The notes under the pieces are model-generated. The model ran no database searches. It worked only from the letters and a program-made list of their open reading frames with translations, and was not told where the DNA came from. From Vitrella brassicaformis CCMP3155 (lineage: Eukaryota > Protista > Chromerida), in assembly GCA_001179505.1 (NCBI GenBank), contig CDMY01000562.1, positions 186,001 to 250,000 on the forward strand: a stretch of DNA of 64,000 nt. Direction: 5' to 3'. How positions within the stretch are numbered: the stretch's first letter is position 1; every line of letters begins with the position of its first letter. Of this stretch, positions 45,639 through 57,083 are shown piece by piece. A program made the position numbers and the translations under genes.

Positions 45639-48600
45639 TGTGCGTACCTGAATGTGAGTTTGTTGTGCTGCCCCGGGCGCTCGTTGTATGGCGTGGTGAG
45701 GTACTTGAGTGTGTCGTTCATCCAGCCCAGGTCCCACTTGTAGTCGAACCCCAGCCCCGGGTTGCCCTCCTTGCGCGTCACGTTCTCCCACGCCGTCGAC
45801 TCCTCGGCCATCATCACCACACCCGGCCACTCCTCATGCACCACCCAGTTCATCTCCTAGTAAAATAAAAAAGAAAAAAAAAGAGAGACAGACAGACAGA
45901 CCACACACACATCGAGAAACACACACACCTTTTGTGTGGGTGGCTTGGGGTGGGTTGGGGGGCTGACCTGGAGGAGAGAGATTGCCTGGAGGTTGGAGTC
46001 TCCGCCGTACTCGTTGGGCAGCCACTGGCCGGCGGGGCGCATGTGGTTCTTGTAGATCATGCTAGTCACGGCGTCGATCCGCAGCCCGTCGACGTGGTAC
46101 CGACGCAGCCAGTGGTACGCCGCCCCAAGCAGAAAGGAGCGCACCTGACGCAACCACCCACACACACATGCTTCATGGTGCTGATATATGGCATCCCACA
46201 CCCAGCCCCACCGAGTCAGCCCACCTCATGTCGGCCAAAGTTGAAGACCCCAGTGCCCCATTCCTTGTGCTCGCCCTCTCGGGGGTCGCTGTACTCGTAG
46301 GCCGCCGACCCGTCGTACCAGGTCACGGCCCAGGCGTCTTTGCAGAAGTGAGCGGGGACCAGGTCGAGGAACACGCCGATGCCCGCCTCGTGGAGGGCGT
46401 TGATGAGGTGCTTGAGGTCGTCGGCGGAGCCCAGACGGCTGTAGGGGGCGTACTGACCCGTCACCTGCAGGGAAAAGGGATACGGACGGACAAGTGCGCG
46501 CGTGTGTGTGTGTGTGTGTGTTGCCAGACGGACGCGCGAACGCACCTACCTGGTAGCCCCAGGACCCTGCACACACACACACACACACACATGCATCCCA
46601 CAAGCGCTTCATGCTTGGATGGATAGATGGATGGCTGGATGGCAGGGGTTTCGCCGACCTGACCTTCAAAGGGGTGGTGTGAGAGTGGCATGAACTCTAC
46701 GTGTGTGAAGTTAATGGCCTTGAGGTGCGACACCAGCCGGGGGGCGATCTCGCGGTAGCTCAAATAACGCCCGTCCTCGCCACGCATCCACGACGGCAAA
46801 TGCACCTACACACACACACACACACACACTCACACACACTCCAACACTCCAACACTTGGTTTGTTGGAGTGTGTGTGTGTGTGTGTTGGGTGAGGGTACC
46901 CTACCTCGTAGATGGACACGGGCTGCTGGTTGACGACTCCCTTGCGGCCGAGCTCCGCCCTTCGCGCCATCCACTCGGCATCGGTCCACTCGAAGGCCTC
47001 CGAGGCGGGACGGTAGCTGCACACCACACCACACACAGACATACAGGGCATTGGATCGGATTGGCGGCATTGGCACACGTGTGTCGTGTCGAGTGGGGTT
47101 GTCTGTCTGACTGACTGACGTGTCGTCGCATTTGCTGATGATTGATGCGGTCTCTGGGGGGTTCTCGTACTCCTGTGCGTAGAGGTCCACCTTGAAGAGC
47201 TCGCCGCCGCCAGCGGTGATGATGCGGTACTTGTACCTGCAGTGCACTCACACGGACATATCGGTGTCTGTCTCTCTCTCTGCCTGTGTGCGGCTCACTC
47301 ACTTGTGGCCGGGCAGCGCAGTGGGGATGAACATCTCCCACACGCCATACTCGGCAATCTTTCGCAAAGGGTGGGCACGCCCGTCCCTACACAAACCACC
47401 CCGGCCATGCATCCTATGCACCGTCCCTTCCTCCCTCCCTCCCTCCGTCTCTCCCTCTCTCTGACCATCCGTTCCAGTCGCCCACGACCGACACGTGCCT
47501 GGCCTCAGGGGCCCACACGCTGAATCTCGTGCCCCACAGCCCGCTGCCGTCGATGTCCATGTAGTGGCTACCCATCAGGTCGTCCACGTGCCAACACGAC
47601 CCTGCAACCACACACACACACACACACACACGCGTCCATGCAGCCAGCCACTGCACACGCCCCCTACCGCAAGCAACCCAGGCCCACCCACCCACATACC
47701 CACCTGATGCGAATTTCCTGAGGTCTTCGGGTTTCTGCATGAGGAGGTTCTTGAACGAGAAGGGGTCCCGGTACGGCAGCTCCGGCTCGCCACTGTAGGT
47801 GATGAGGAACTCGTACTCGAAGTCAGGCGCCTCCCGCTCCTGCCCCTCCGGCGTCTTGGCCCTGAGGGTGCCTTCGAAGAGCCAATCGGCCCGCTTGGTA
47901 AGCTCCATGGGCTCGCTGTTGCCGGACGGGCCGTTGGTCATGACGCAGGTGCTGCTGCTCGGGAGAGACCGCACACGCACTCGGTCGGCGTGGCCTATCC
48001 AGGCCCGTATGATCTGTGGGTGGGTCGGGATGAGAGACACAGACATTGCAGTGGAGGGGCAAATTGATCGCGTGTCTGTCTGTCTGTCTGCCTTTTGTCT
48101 GTGCAGTGCAGTGTGTGGTTTGGTTTGGTTTGTGGATAGTTACGTACGTAGTAGGTCCATCCGTCCTCCTCTTTGTAGGGGTGACAGCCGAGGCACTCGT
48201 ACGGGTCGGGACACATGCCTGAACGAACCAAAACAGCGCCAACACAGCCAGCGACACAATTGCCTGCCTGCCTGCCTGCCTGTTTGTCTGTGTGTCGTGT
48301 GTCGGCGTGTTTGTGCACACATACCGGTGTGAAGCAGACCAATCCAGTCGTCCTGCATCGAGATCTCACCTGAACACACACACACATGCATCCGCACACC
48401 GATGCCATCCACGTGGAGTCAGTCGTCTCCTCTGCCTTCTCTCCCTGTCCCACTCACTCGGCACATGATTGAGGGCCTCGAACGTCACGACACCGCTACC
48501 GCCACCAAGAGGCGGTTTCTTGGTCCTCTCCCCGCGCCCATCCTCTCCCTCTCCCTCTTGCGCAATGGCAGCATGGCCATGTGTGTGTGGCCTGTCGACA

Positions 48601-48707
48601 TACTCGCTCGTGGGACTGTCGTCCTTATAGCCGGTCCCTGCCCGAGGACCTTTCTCGCTCACACTCACGCTCGTCGCCGTGTGCGTCGTCTCGGGCACGC
48701 TCTCCAT
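44301..48707 (-). CDS. glgB: 1,4-alpha-glucan branching enzyme, bacterial GH13_9 (GlgB) type, many introns
   Basis: Spliced motifs: [109 protein letters not shown]. 5' end is approximate. Confidence 0.95.
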
Positions 48708-49170
48708 CGGCTCGGGGCGCTGGCCTGGGGTGGGCAACAGAGCGCTCAGCACACGAGCAGCATCTCGCGTGTTCACTCTGGAGATCTCGAAGCTCGCAAT
48801 AGATCTGCACTCCGAGGAGAGGAGGACAGTGAGAGTACGCCCATGGCATCCTTTCGTGGGCGGCTTGTGTGGCAGATCGATTCATGTGTGCATGCAGTGA
48901 CGGAAAGGCACTGCGCGGTATGGGCGCTGCTATCGTTTGATTTGATATGGAGGGAAGGCCGGGCCGTCCAACACTTATTCAGTCATCTGCCTATGACACA
49001 CGCAAAGCATAGCATACATGCGTTTCTATCTCTCAGTGTCCTGCCCGCCCCGCCCCGCCCAAAAATGCACATGTCTGTCTGTCTGTCTGTCTGTCTGTGT
49101 AAACAAGCCATGACCACTCGGCCTTCTCTGCATCTCATCCGCCTAACTGTCTGCCTGTCTGTCTGTCTGT

Positions 49171-50579
49171 CTATCGCCTCTGCCTCCTCCGCTGTCGCCG
49201 CTCCCACACCACCCTCATCTGCACATCCGTCTTGAGCACGTGCGTCCGGTTCACACGGTGCCCTGCACCCACCATCTCCGACGCGGCCCTCTCGCTCAGA
49301 GACAGCAGCATCGCCCTCTCGGCAGCAGAAGAAGATGAAGCCGCCGGTACGTCCACACGCGACACAGTCGAGTGATTGGCCCGAAACACCGGCAGCCGGA
49401 AGCCGATCGCGCGCTGCTCCTCGGTTAACCCACCATGTGGAGCTGCAGCATCATCATCCCCTGCGTCACTCATGGCGGGGGGCGGCAGAGCAGGGAGGTG
49501 AGAGAGCTTGCTGGCGCGGCTGTCGGTCCCACTTGGTGGTTGGTGGCTGCTGCTGGTGTTGGTGCTGCTGTTAGTTGGTGTTTTCTTGGGGGGCGGGGGT
49601 GGTGGGTGCGAGGGGCTGTCTGGCGTGGGTGGGGCGTGGGGGATATGCTGCGATGGGGCGGTGTGCGGGGAGGGGGCTGGCGGCTGGGTGTGTCGGATTG
49701 GCCAGTAGATCCAGAGGAAGATGCCGCCGATAGCCACGAGTACGAGCAAGGTGATGAACCACCAGAAGTAGTAGCGGCGGGCGGCCTGCACCCGCACCTG
49801 CCGCGAGGAGACCTCGAACTGTCGGGCGGACGTGGAGAGCTGCTCCGACTTGTGTGTGAGGGCCTGGAGGTCCTCTGACTGGCTGAGGATCTTGGACACG
49901 TTGTCCTGCATCACGCCCTTGACGGCGTCCACCTTGCCCAGCAACCCGTGGATGCGGTCGAAATGCGCAGGGTTCTCATACGCCTGATCCCGAAGCAGGC
50001 AAAACAAACACGACAGACACAGAGAACAATGGTGTGAGTCGCCCGATGGGTGGTGGGTGTGGGTGTGGTACTCGCCTGCATGAGCTCGCCCATCTTCCGT
50101 CCGAACGCCCGCGTGAGCGCCCCAGGTGACAGCTCCAATATCCTCCTCGACAGCCTCCCCCCAGCAGCACCAGTGCTGCTGCTGCTACTCGCCGCTGCCG
50201 CAGCTGCGGTCTCCCCACCCCTGTCAACGCCCTCCCCGCCATCGCCAATCTGGTAGTGCTGCTGTATCTCGCTCATCAGGTCGGCCAGGAGGGCGAATGC
50301 ATGTCGTTCGGGGTACTCCATGTTGGAGATGACGACGCAGTAGAGGAGGATGCCGGCGTTGTCAACAAGGCAGCACACGAGTCCGTCGTTCCACTGCAGC
50401 CGCTGCCTCTGTGAGGGTCCGAGCTTGAGCTTGGCGGCCTCGAGGAGCTTGACGAACACGGCCTCGGTCTCGGACCGCCACTTGCTGTCCGGCACCTCGC
50501 AGCGGGACGCCAGCACAGCAGCATCGCGAATGCGGCCGATGCCCAGGAACTGAAGGTTGCGCTGTTGAACGCCCTCCAT
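49171..50579 (-). CDS. Longin R-SNARE (VAMP7/VAMP71-like) with a long post-TM extension; GC-AG intron 49984-50075
   Basis: Longin region (ILLYCVVISNMEYPERHAFALLADL), R-SNARE helix (KVDAVKGVMQDNVSKILSQSEDLQALTHKSEQL) and TM segment (YYFWWFITLLVLVAIGGIFLWIYW). 3' end uncertain. Confidence 0.85.
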
Positions 50580-51093
50580 TGCTACGCAGTGACATTCTCC
50601 ATCGCAGAGTCGTCCATTGCCACGCTCTACTCGTCCCTAGGCTAAGCCCTTTATCAAAAAATGCATGGGGGCCAGCTCGCAAAGACTGGGGGCCCCTCAA
50701 TGAATCAGGGGCTGGTTTCAGCGTTGACCGCGTGTCCTTGGCACAGACAACACTTCCAACGCACAACGCGCAAGCGGAGTCGAGAGATCTCTTTCAGATT
50801 CGGTCCTCTCAAGACGAAGCATTCACAGGCGATTCGGCGCTTCCATCGAGGTCGGTTTGCGACTACGGCTCCACAGTAAGGCGCCCCCTGTCACTGCTGA
50901 CGCTACTGCATTGACCCACAACGCTTAGGAGCAGGTGCGTCACTTACTGTTCCGTAACGGTCCCCGTCTCTGTCGCATGTACGCTCTTCGGTGCTTTCTG
51001 CACTGATTGCGCAGGAAAGCTTCAACGATTCAAAGACAGCAACGGTCTGGCACTGGCCACCCGAGCGCATCTGCATTGACCCCCACACACACA

Positions 51094-54000
51094 ATGATCC
51101 AGTATCCGCCCTCCCCGAATCCTTTTGCCCTCCCGCAGCAACGCACCAACCCACCCCTCCCCGCCATGGCCACCCCTTTCGTCCCCCCGCCCTATGGCAT
51201 GGGCCTCTCGCCCCCATATTTCATGAAGCACTCGGCCTCAGCACCCAGGCCGGCGTCAGTGCCGCCTCTCCCGCACGTGCTTCCCACGCCATCCACGCCG
51301 GTGCTCCACTCCACACCACTCACCCCTCACGGACACGGGGGGCCCGGTCTGCCTGTGCTTCAGCCACCTGCAGTCGCAGTCACAGCGTGGCCTGACCCGT
51401 ATAAGAGGAAGCCCACTACACACACACTCGAGAGGGAGGCCTACCACTTACCACACAAGCGGCAGCCTCTCTTGGTGCGGCAGATGCCGCCGCAGAGCGT
51501 CTTCCCGCTCAGCCACACAATCAGGAGGGAGCAGTATGGAATGGCCCAGGGCCAGGTGCAGCAGATGCAGCCGACACAACCACAAGGCGAGCGGGGCCGG
51601 GTCACACTGGTCGTCGGCCCTCCTGCTGCTGCTCCCAAAACGGCCCCCCCTCAATGGGTCGAGGTCCCGGCGCGCAAGAGCCGCTTCAACGTGATAAAGC
51701 GGGAGGAGTACCAGTCGGGCAAGCCCAATACCTACGACACGTGGGAGTCGGACCTCTTCGACCCCAAGATGCGGCACCTGCAGCCAAGTCAGGTCATCAG
51801 ATTCGAGCGGTCCGTGCGAGAGGAAGACGATGCCGAGGGGGACCTCGGTGCCGCCACGGTGGCCGCTGCCAAGGCTGCTTGGGGGGTGGGAAAAGACGAC
51901 CAGCAGAACAAGAATAAGCACACTACCGTCGTGCGGCAACAAACCGGCGCTGACCAGCAGCACAGGTGGGTGACAGACAGATGAATGCTTTCCTGAATGG
52001 CCTGTCTCTCTGTCAGGGGGACGGCACTTGGGCGGAATACCAGGGTGTCTCGGCTTTCGACAGTGACGGGCGGTCAGTCTAACGTTCCCGACAATGGGCG
52101 GACAGAAACGGCCGATCTCTTCTTCAGCAAAGTGCCCAACAAGCCCTTCGAAACGGCTGAGAAGGGACACCACCCGAAAGACGGTACGCAGGCAAACACC
52201 CCCTGTCCGTCTATAAGCCTGCATGTCTCCGTCTGTCTGGGTGTGTGCAGCGGCCAAGATTTATCGTCTTCACGCCAGGGCGGCCGCCAATCGACCGCCA
52301 ACTCCCAACTTCCCGGCAGCCAAGCGGCCTACCGTCCCACCCTCTGCCGTCCAGTTGCGCGGCCCCCCGCCCCGCACAGCGCCCAGCCGGTCAGGCAGAC
52401 ACACTCCCCTCACACGCAAAGCGGCTCCAGCACAGGTAAGGCGGTTGACACAGACATACAGAAACGCACACACACCGAGACAGACATCGCATGCATCCCG
52501 TGACTGTGTGTAGGGCCGTGACCGGTCGCCTCCTGCCCGTGTTGTGGACCGGTCGTCGTCCCCCACGGCTATGCAGGGCCACCGGGGGCATGCACAGAAT
52601 CATAAGACGGAGAGCAAGTCGGGTGGCCACGGTAGCAAAGCCACGGACTCGTCAGGAAACAATGGCGTTTTTTCGTTCGGTCCGCGAGGCGTCGCCACTC
52701 CACCGAAAGCCAAACGACCGTCGGCCAAGGTGGTGAGTCAGGCCATCCATCCATTTATCCATCCATCCATCCATCCAATAGGCAGAATTGTCACCCATCC
52801 ATCCCTTTCCGCCTCTCTCCTTGTGTTGCGTGCGTCTTGTGTAGAGTCGGCCAGCAAGCCGCGGGCGGTCTCCGGTGCGCACGCCCCCAGTGCTGCGTGA
52901 GCTGTCGCGGCGCCCCACCCCCACGGGCTCCGCCACCCCTGTGCAGAGACAGGGCACACGACTCTCACAAGAGGTAGGTACAGTATCGGTAGGTACATGG
53001 AGGGGAGGCAAGGCAACCACACACACGTCATCACATCAGTAAGTAATCCACAGCCCGTCTGTCTTGTATCGTCCATCAGGCTGCTCCCAAGCCCCCGTTT
53101 CGCTCTGGCATAGCCCCCGCCAAGGCGACAGTTCCTCCTCAGCGCATCCGGAGTCGCTCGCCCTCGCCGGGTGCATGGCCCTTGTTGAGCGGCCCGGCCC
53201 GTGCCAAGCAGCGTGTGGAGGAGCGTCGCCGTCGTGAGGAGCGGCAGCGGGTGCAGTCTCAGCAGAGGGGGGCCACTGAGGAGGACAGGGGGGTCATCGA
53301 CGCGAAGTGCTGCAATGTCAAGGGAGTCATCGCCAAAATGAAGGCAGACAGGGAGAGAGCACGGAGCAGGGTGATCATGGAGCAGGCGGAGAGACACTCC
53401 ACACACACACACACACACACACACAAATAGAGGAAAGGATCTAAGGATCTTGTTTGTGCTGTGCTCTCCTGTGCTGTGCTGTGCTGTGGGGTGTTGTGTC
53501 GTGCAGGGGCGTCCTTCAAGCGGCAGTGGTGGCCACGGCAGCGGCGGAGGGGGCAGGAGTGGCGCCTCGGCATTGCGGGCCGCCGGGAACAACATATGTG
53601 CCCGACAGAAGCCCGGCGGGCCCGCATATATCTTCCAGACAGACAGCGGAGGTACGCCCGTGAGTCAGAGAGCACATCATCATACGTAGATGATACTTAC
53701 ATAATTACATATACAAATCGATCAGAGTACATGTTGGCGTTTGACCCGGAGGCATACGAGCCCAGCCAGATTATCAAGTGGGAAGGTACGTCACGTGATT
53801 CAATCAGGCAATCAATCAACGCACTCTAACCCCATATATATCTGATGCGTGTGTGGGTACTTTGGGTGGGCAGATTTGGAGCTCAAATATCTCATTGCCG
53901 AGGGGGCCTTCGGATCAGTACGCGATCTATTCATCACAGCCCGCTACCCTCTCTTTTTTTCTTCTTTCTGGCTGCCGTGTCTGTCTGTGTGCGTGTGTGT

Positions 54001-55688
54001 CTACAGGTGTTTCGTGGTGTGCATCGCGGCGAGTTTGGCGAGAGGGACGTGGCCGTCAAGGTCTTCTTCTCTGACAAAAGTGAGGGAGGGAGTCAGTCAG
54101 TCAGCAAGGGCCTGATCGAACATACACGTGTGTATGTATGCAGCTGGTCCCATATCGAAGGAGCATTTCCTCAACCTGGAGCGGGAGCTCAACGCATATC
54201 GGTCGGCCTGCATCTCTTCAAAATGAATATTGTGTGTGTGTGTGTCACGTAAGTGTCCTGTGTGTGGCATCCAGTGTGGTGTCTCACCGCAGCATTTTGC
54301 GGCTGGTCGGCGTGTGCATCGAGCCGCCACACCTGGCCATCGTCACCGAATACCTTCACGGAGGTAGGTGAGATGAGACAGGCACACAGGCATGCATGCC
54401 ATGGATCAATCATGTGTGCCTGTGTGCTTTTAGGGAATCTGTTTGACATTTTGTTCAACCATTTGCGCGTCGTGACGGCGGAGGAGCGGCTGATCTATGC
54501 GAAGCAACTGGTACGTGAGCGACCAGGGAATGAGGGGGGGTAAGGCAGTCTGCTTCCCTCTCCCTCTCCCTCTCCCTCTCTGCCTCTGTCCGTGCCTGTC
54601 TGTCTGTCTGTCTCAGTGTGAGGTGGTGATATACCTTCACAGCATGACGCCGCCCATCGTCCACCGCGACCTCAAGACACAGGCAGGGCCTGGAGGCAAT
54701 GTTAACACAACACATGCGCATCTCACTCATCCCACAGGCATCTGTCTGTGTGTCTATACTTGTGTGGTGTGGATTGACTAACTGACGCATCGCATCGCAT
54801 CGCATCAGAACATGCTGCTGGACAACAGGGGGAAGATGAAGCTGTGCGACTTCGGAATGGCCAAAAAGATGGTAGTTAGGATAGACAGAGAGAGAGAAAG
54901 GCACACCCGACACCAGACACCTTGTCGTGTCTGTCATGCCACCTGATCGATCGCTGTGTGCGTCCCTCTGCGTGTGTCTGCAGGAGAACGGACAGTTCCT
55001 GGTGTTGGATGACAACGGCGGCTCGCCGCGATACATGGTGAGTGAGTGAGTGAGTGAGGGAGGGAGGGAGGGAGACACACACGGCTCCGGCCGGCAGTGC
55101 CGTATTTGTCGCACATCTCGTGTGTGTGTTTTGTGTGTGTGTGTGTGTGTGTGTCTATGCAGGCGCCCGAGAGCTACATGAAGGGCGGCACCATTGACGA
55201 GAAAGCCGATATCTGGGGACTCGGTTAGATAAGACGAGAGCTGTCTGTGCCACAAATCAATCAATCGACCAGACAAGCGACACACGCTCACGCCCTCGCC
55301 GGCCCCTCGGGCGGCGTGTGTTGTGTGCAGGTTGTTGTTTGATCGAGTTGTTTGGGGGTCCCATTCCGTACGAGGAGCTCGACAAGATGCCCGACGTCAT
55401 CCGACGCATCTTCCACGAGCGCAAGAACCCAACCATCCCAGAGACCTTTGAAATACAAACCAAGCGCATCATCGAACAGGTGTGCGGTGCGGCACGAGGG
55501 AGGGAGGAAGGGTGGGCTGGCGCCGCTCTCTCTCTCTGTCTGGATGTGTGTCTCTCTGTGTGTATGTGTGTCTCTGCGCGCTGATGCAGTGTTTTGACCG
55601 GGACCCTCGAGAGCGGCCGGCAGCTGTGGAGGTGCTGGAGGTGCTGCAGACACTCACCCCCACCATAGTCAGACGACACGGTCAGTGA
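51094..55688 (+). CDS. TKL-group (Raf/MLK-like) protein kinase with a long disordered Pro/Arg/Ser-rich N-terminus, many introns
   Basis: All exons from 51094 splice in frame to IAEGAFGS-VFRG..VAVK..LRLVGVCIEPPHLAIVTEY..HRDLKTQ-NMLLD..DFG..GSPRYM-APE..KADIWGL-GCCLIEL..CFDRDPRERP. Confidence 0.9.
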
Positions 55689-56468
55689 TCGATCGAGTCG
55701 AGACACACACAAGTCTCAGAGGCAGGGCAGGCCAGCAAAACAGAAGCTCAAGATACCAGTCGCCTGCCTGCCTGCCTGCAGAGATGGACATGCTGTACCC
55801 TCGCGAGTTCGACGAGCACGGCCACGTGGCGGGTGTGGTGGACAAGGACTGATTGATTAGTCGACTGACGGACGGAGGGAGGGCGGGAGGGAGGGGAACT
55901 GGTCAGTCAGTCAGTCATCGGTGGAGTGAGACGTGGCGTAGAGTAGCCAGTGAGTGAGTGAGTGCGGCGTACATCCATCCATGTGCTGTGCAGGACACTA
56001 ATGGCTTGATTGAATGTCCGTCCATAATCAATTCAACTAAGTGTGTGCTCAACTCAACATCCAAGCCGGTGGAGTGGGCTGTCTGCATTGAATGTACAGA
56101 TAGATTTCTAGACAGACAGCGGCAGCCAGACGTCGACTGCTCATCTCATCTGGAGGGACTGACTGCACTGCAATGATCGACCGACGACTTGACGACTGCA
56201 TGCACAGACAGAGGAAGGGAGGGAAGCAGCGTCGAGTCGAGGGACTGACTGGATAATCAGCTGAGATGAGACGTCATTCAAACAAAGAAAATCACACATC
56301 AGTCCGTCGTTTCAGTGTGTTGGGGGGATATATGCCACAAACGCAACGCCCCCTGCTGTCCATTCATCAATCGACCCACCCATCCATCCATCTCTCTCTC
56401 ATTCTCAAAACTGCCTCACCACCCCATCCGTCCGTCCGTCCGTCCACCCATAAGAATGCACCATATCA

Positions 56469-56939
56469 TCAGACCTCATCAAACCTCGAGTCAATCAACT
56501 TCTGCGCCTGCAGCAGGGCGAACCCCGTCACCACACCGATGAGCGTCGCGATCCACGAAAGCTGAATCACCGGTATCATCTCGTCCGCCAGCGGCAGGGT
56601 CGACATGGCGTCGAGGGCCGACGACGCAACATCGCCCTCGGCGGCCGATGCTGGGAGGGACTGCAGGAGGGGCACGAGGGAGGCGGCGAGGGCGGTGGTG
56701 GGGATTGCTGCATCTTCCACCCTCGGCGGTGACTTCATTGACAGACCTCTTCGACGTGCCAGGGGGCTGGATGACCTTGAAAGGGACCTGGGCACAGCCA
56801 CACACACAGAAGAGGGTGAACAGCCTGCAGATCTGCAGATGGATGGATGTGCAGCTTACAGGGAGGGTTGTGACGGGACGAAAGCAGAGACAGCAGAGAG
56901 CGCCACAAGGGCGAGAGAGATGCCGATAATCAGCTTCAT
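56469..56939 (-). CDS. petM: Nucleus-encoded plastid protein, PetM-like (cytochrome b6f subunit), 1 coding intron
   Basis: MKLIIGISLALVALSAVSAF (signal peptide ending SAF), a S/R-rich transit peptide, then LADEMIPVIQLSWIATLIGVVTGFALLQAQK, matching the PetM pattern E...TL.G...GF.LL. Confidence 0.65.
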
Positions 56940-57083
56940 TCCGCTTCTCTCAGGGCCTGGCCTGCAGTGGTTGCGGGAGGATGGGCCTTTGATGGAGAGG
57001 GGGGGAGGAAGAAGTGCTGCCAGTGATTTGCGAGCTTATTCTGGGATCGCCCGTGACCACTGGTTGAGAAGCGAAGATAATAA

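Noticed and set aside
4500-50700. TGCATG (ApiAP2-type) motif as a shared element of the divergent promoters
   Set aside because: Present in some spacers (e.g. about 8076, 29464, 50663) but absent from others, and equally common in introns.
53386-53505. Additional GC-AG intron in the kinase gene
   Set aside because: A canonical in-phase GT donor exists 15 bp upstream (53371), so GC is not required.
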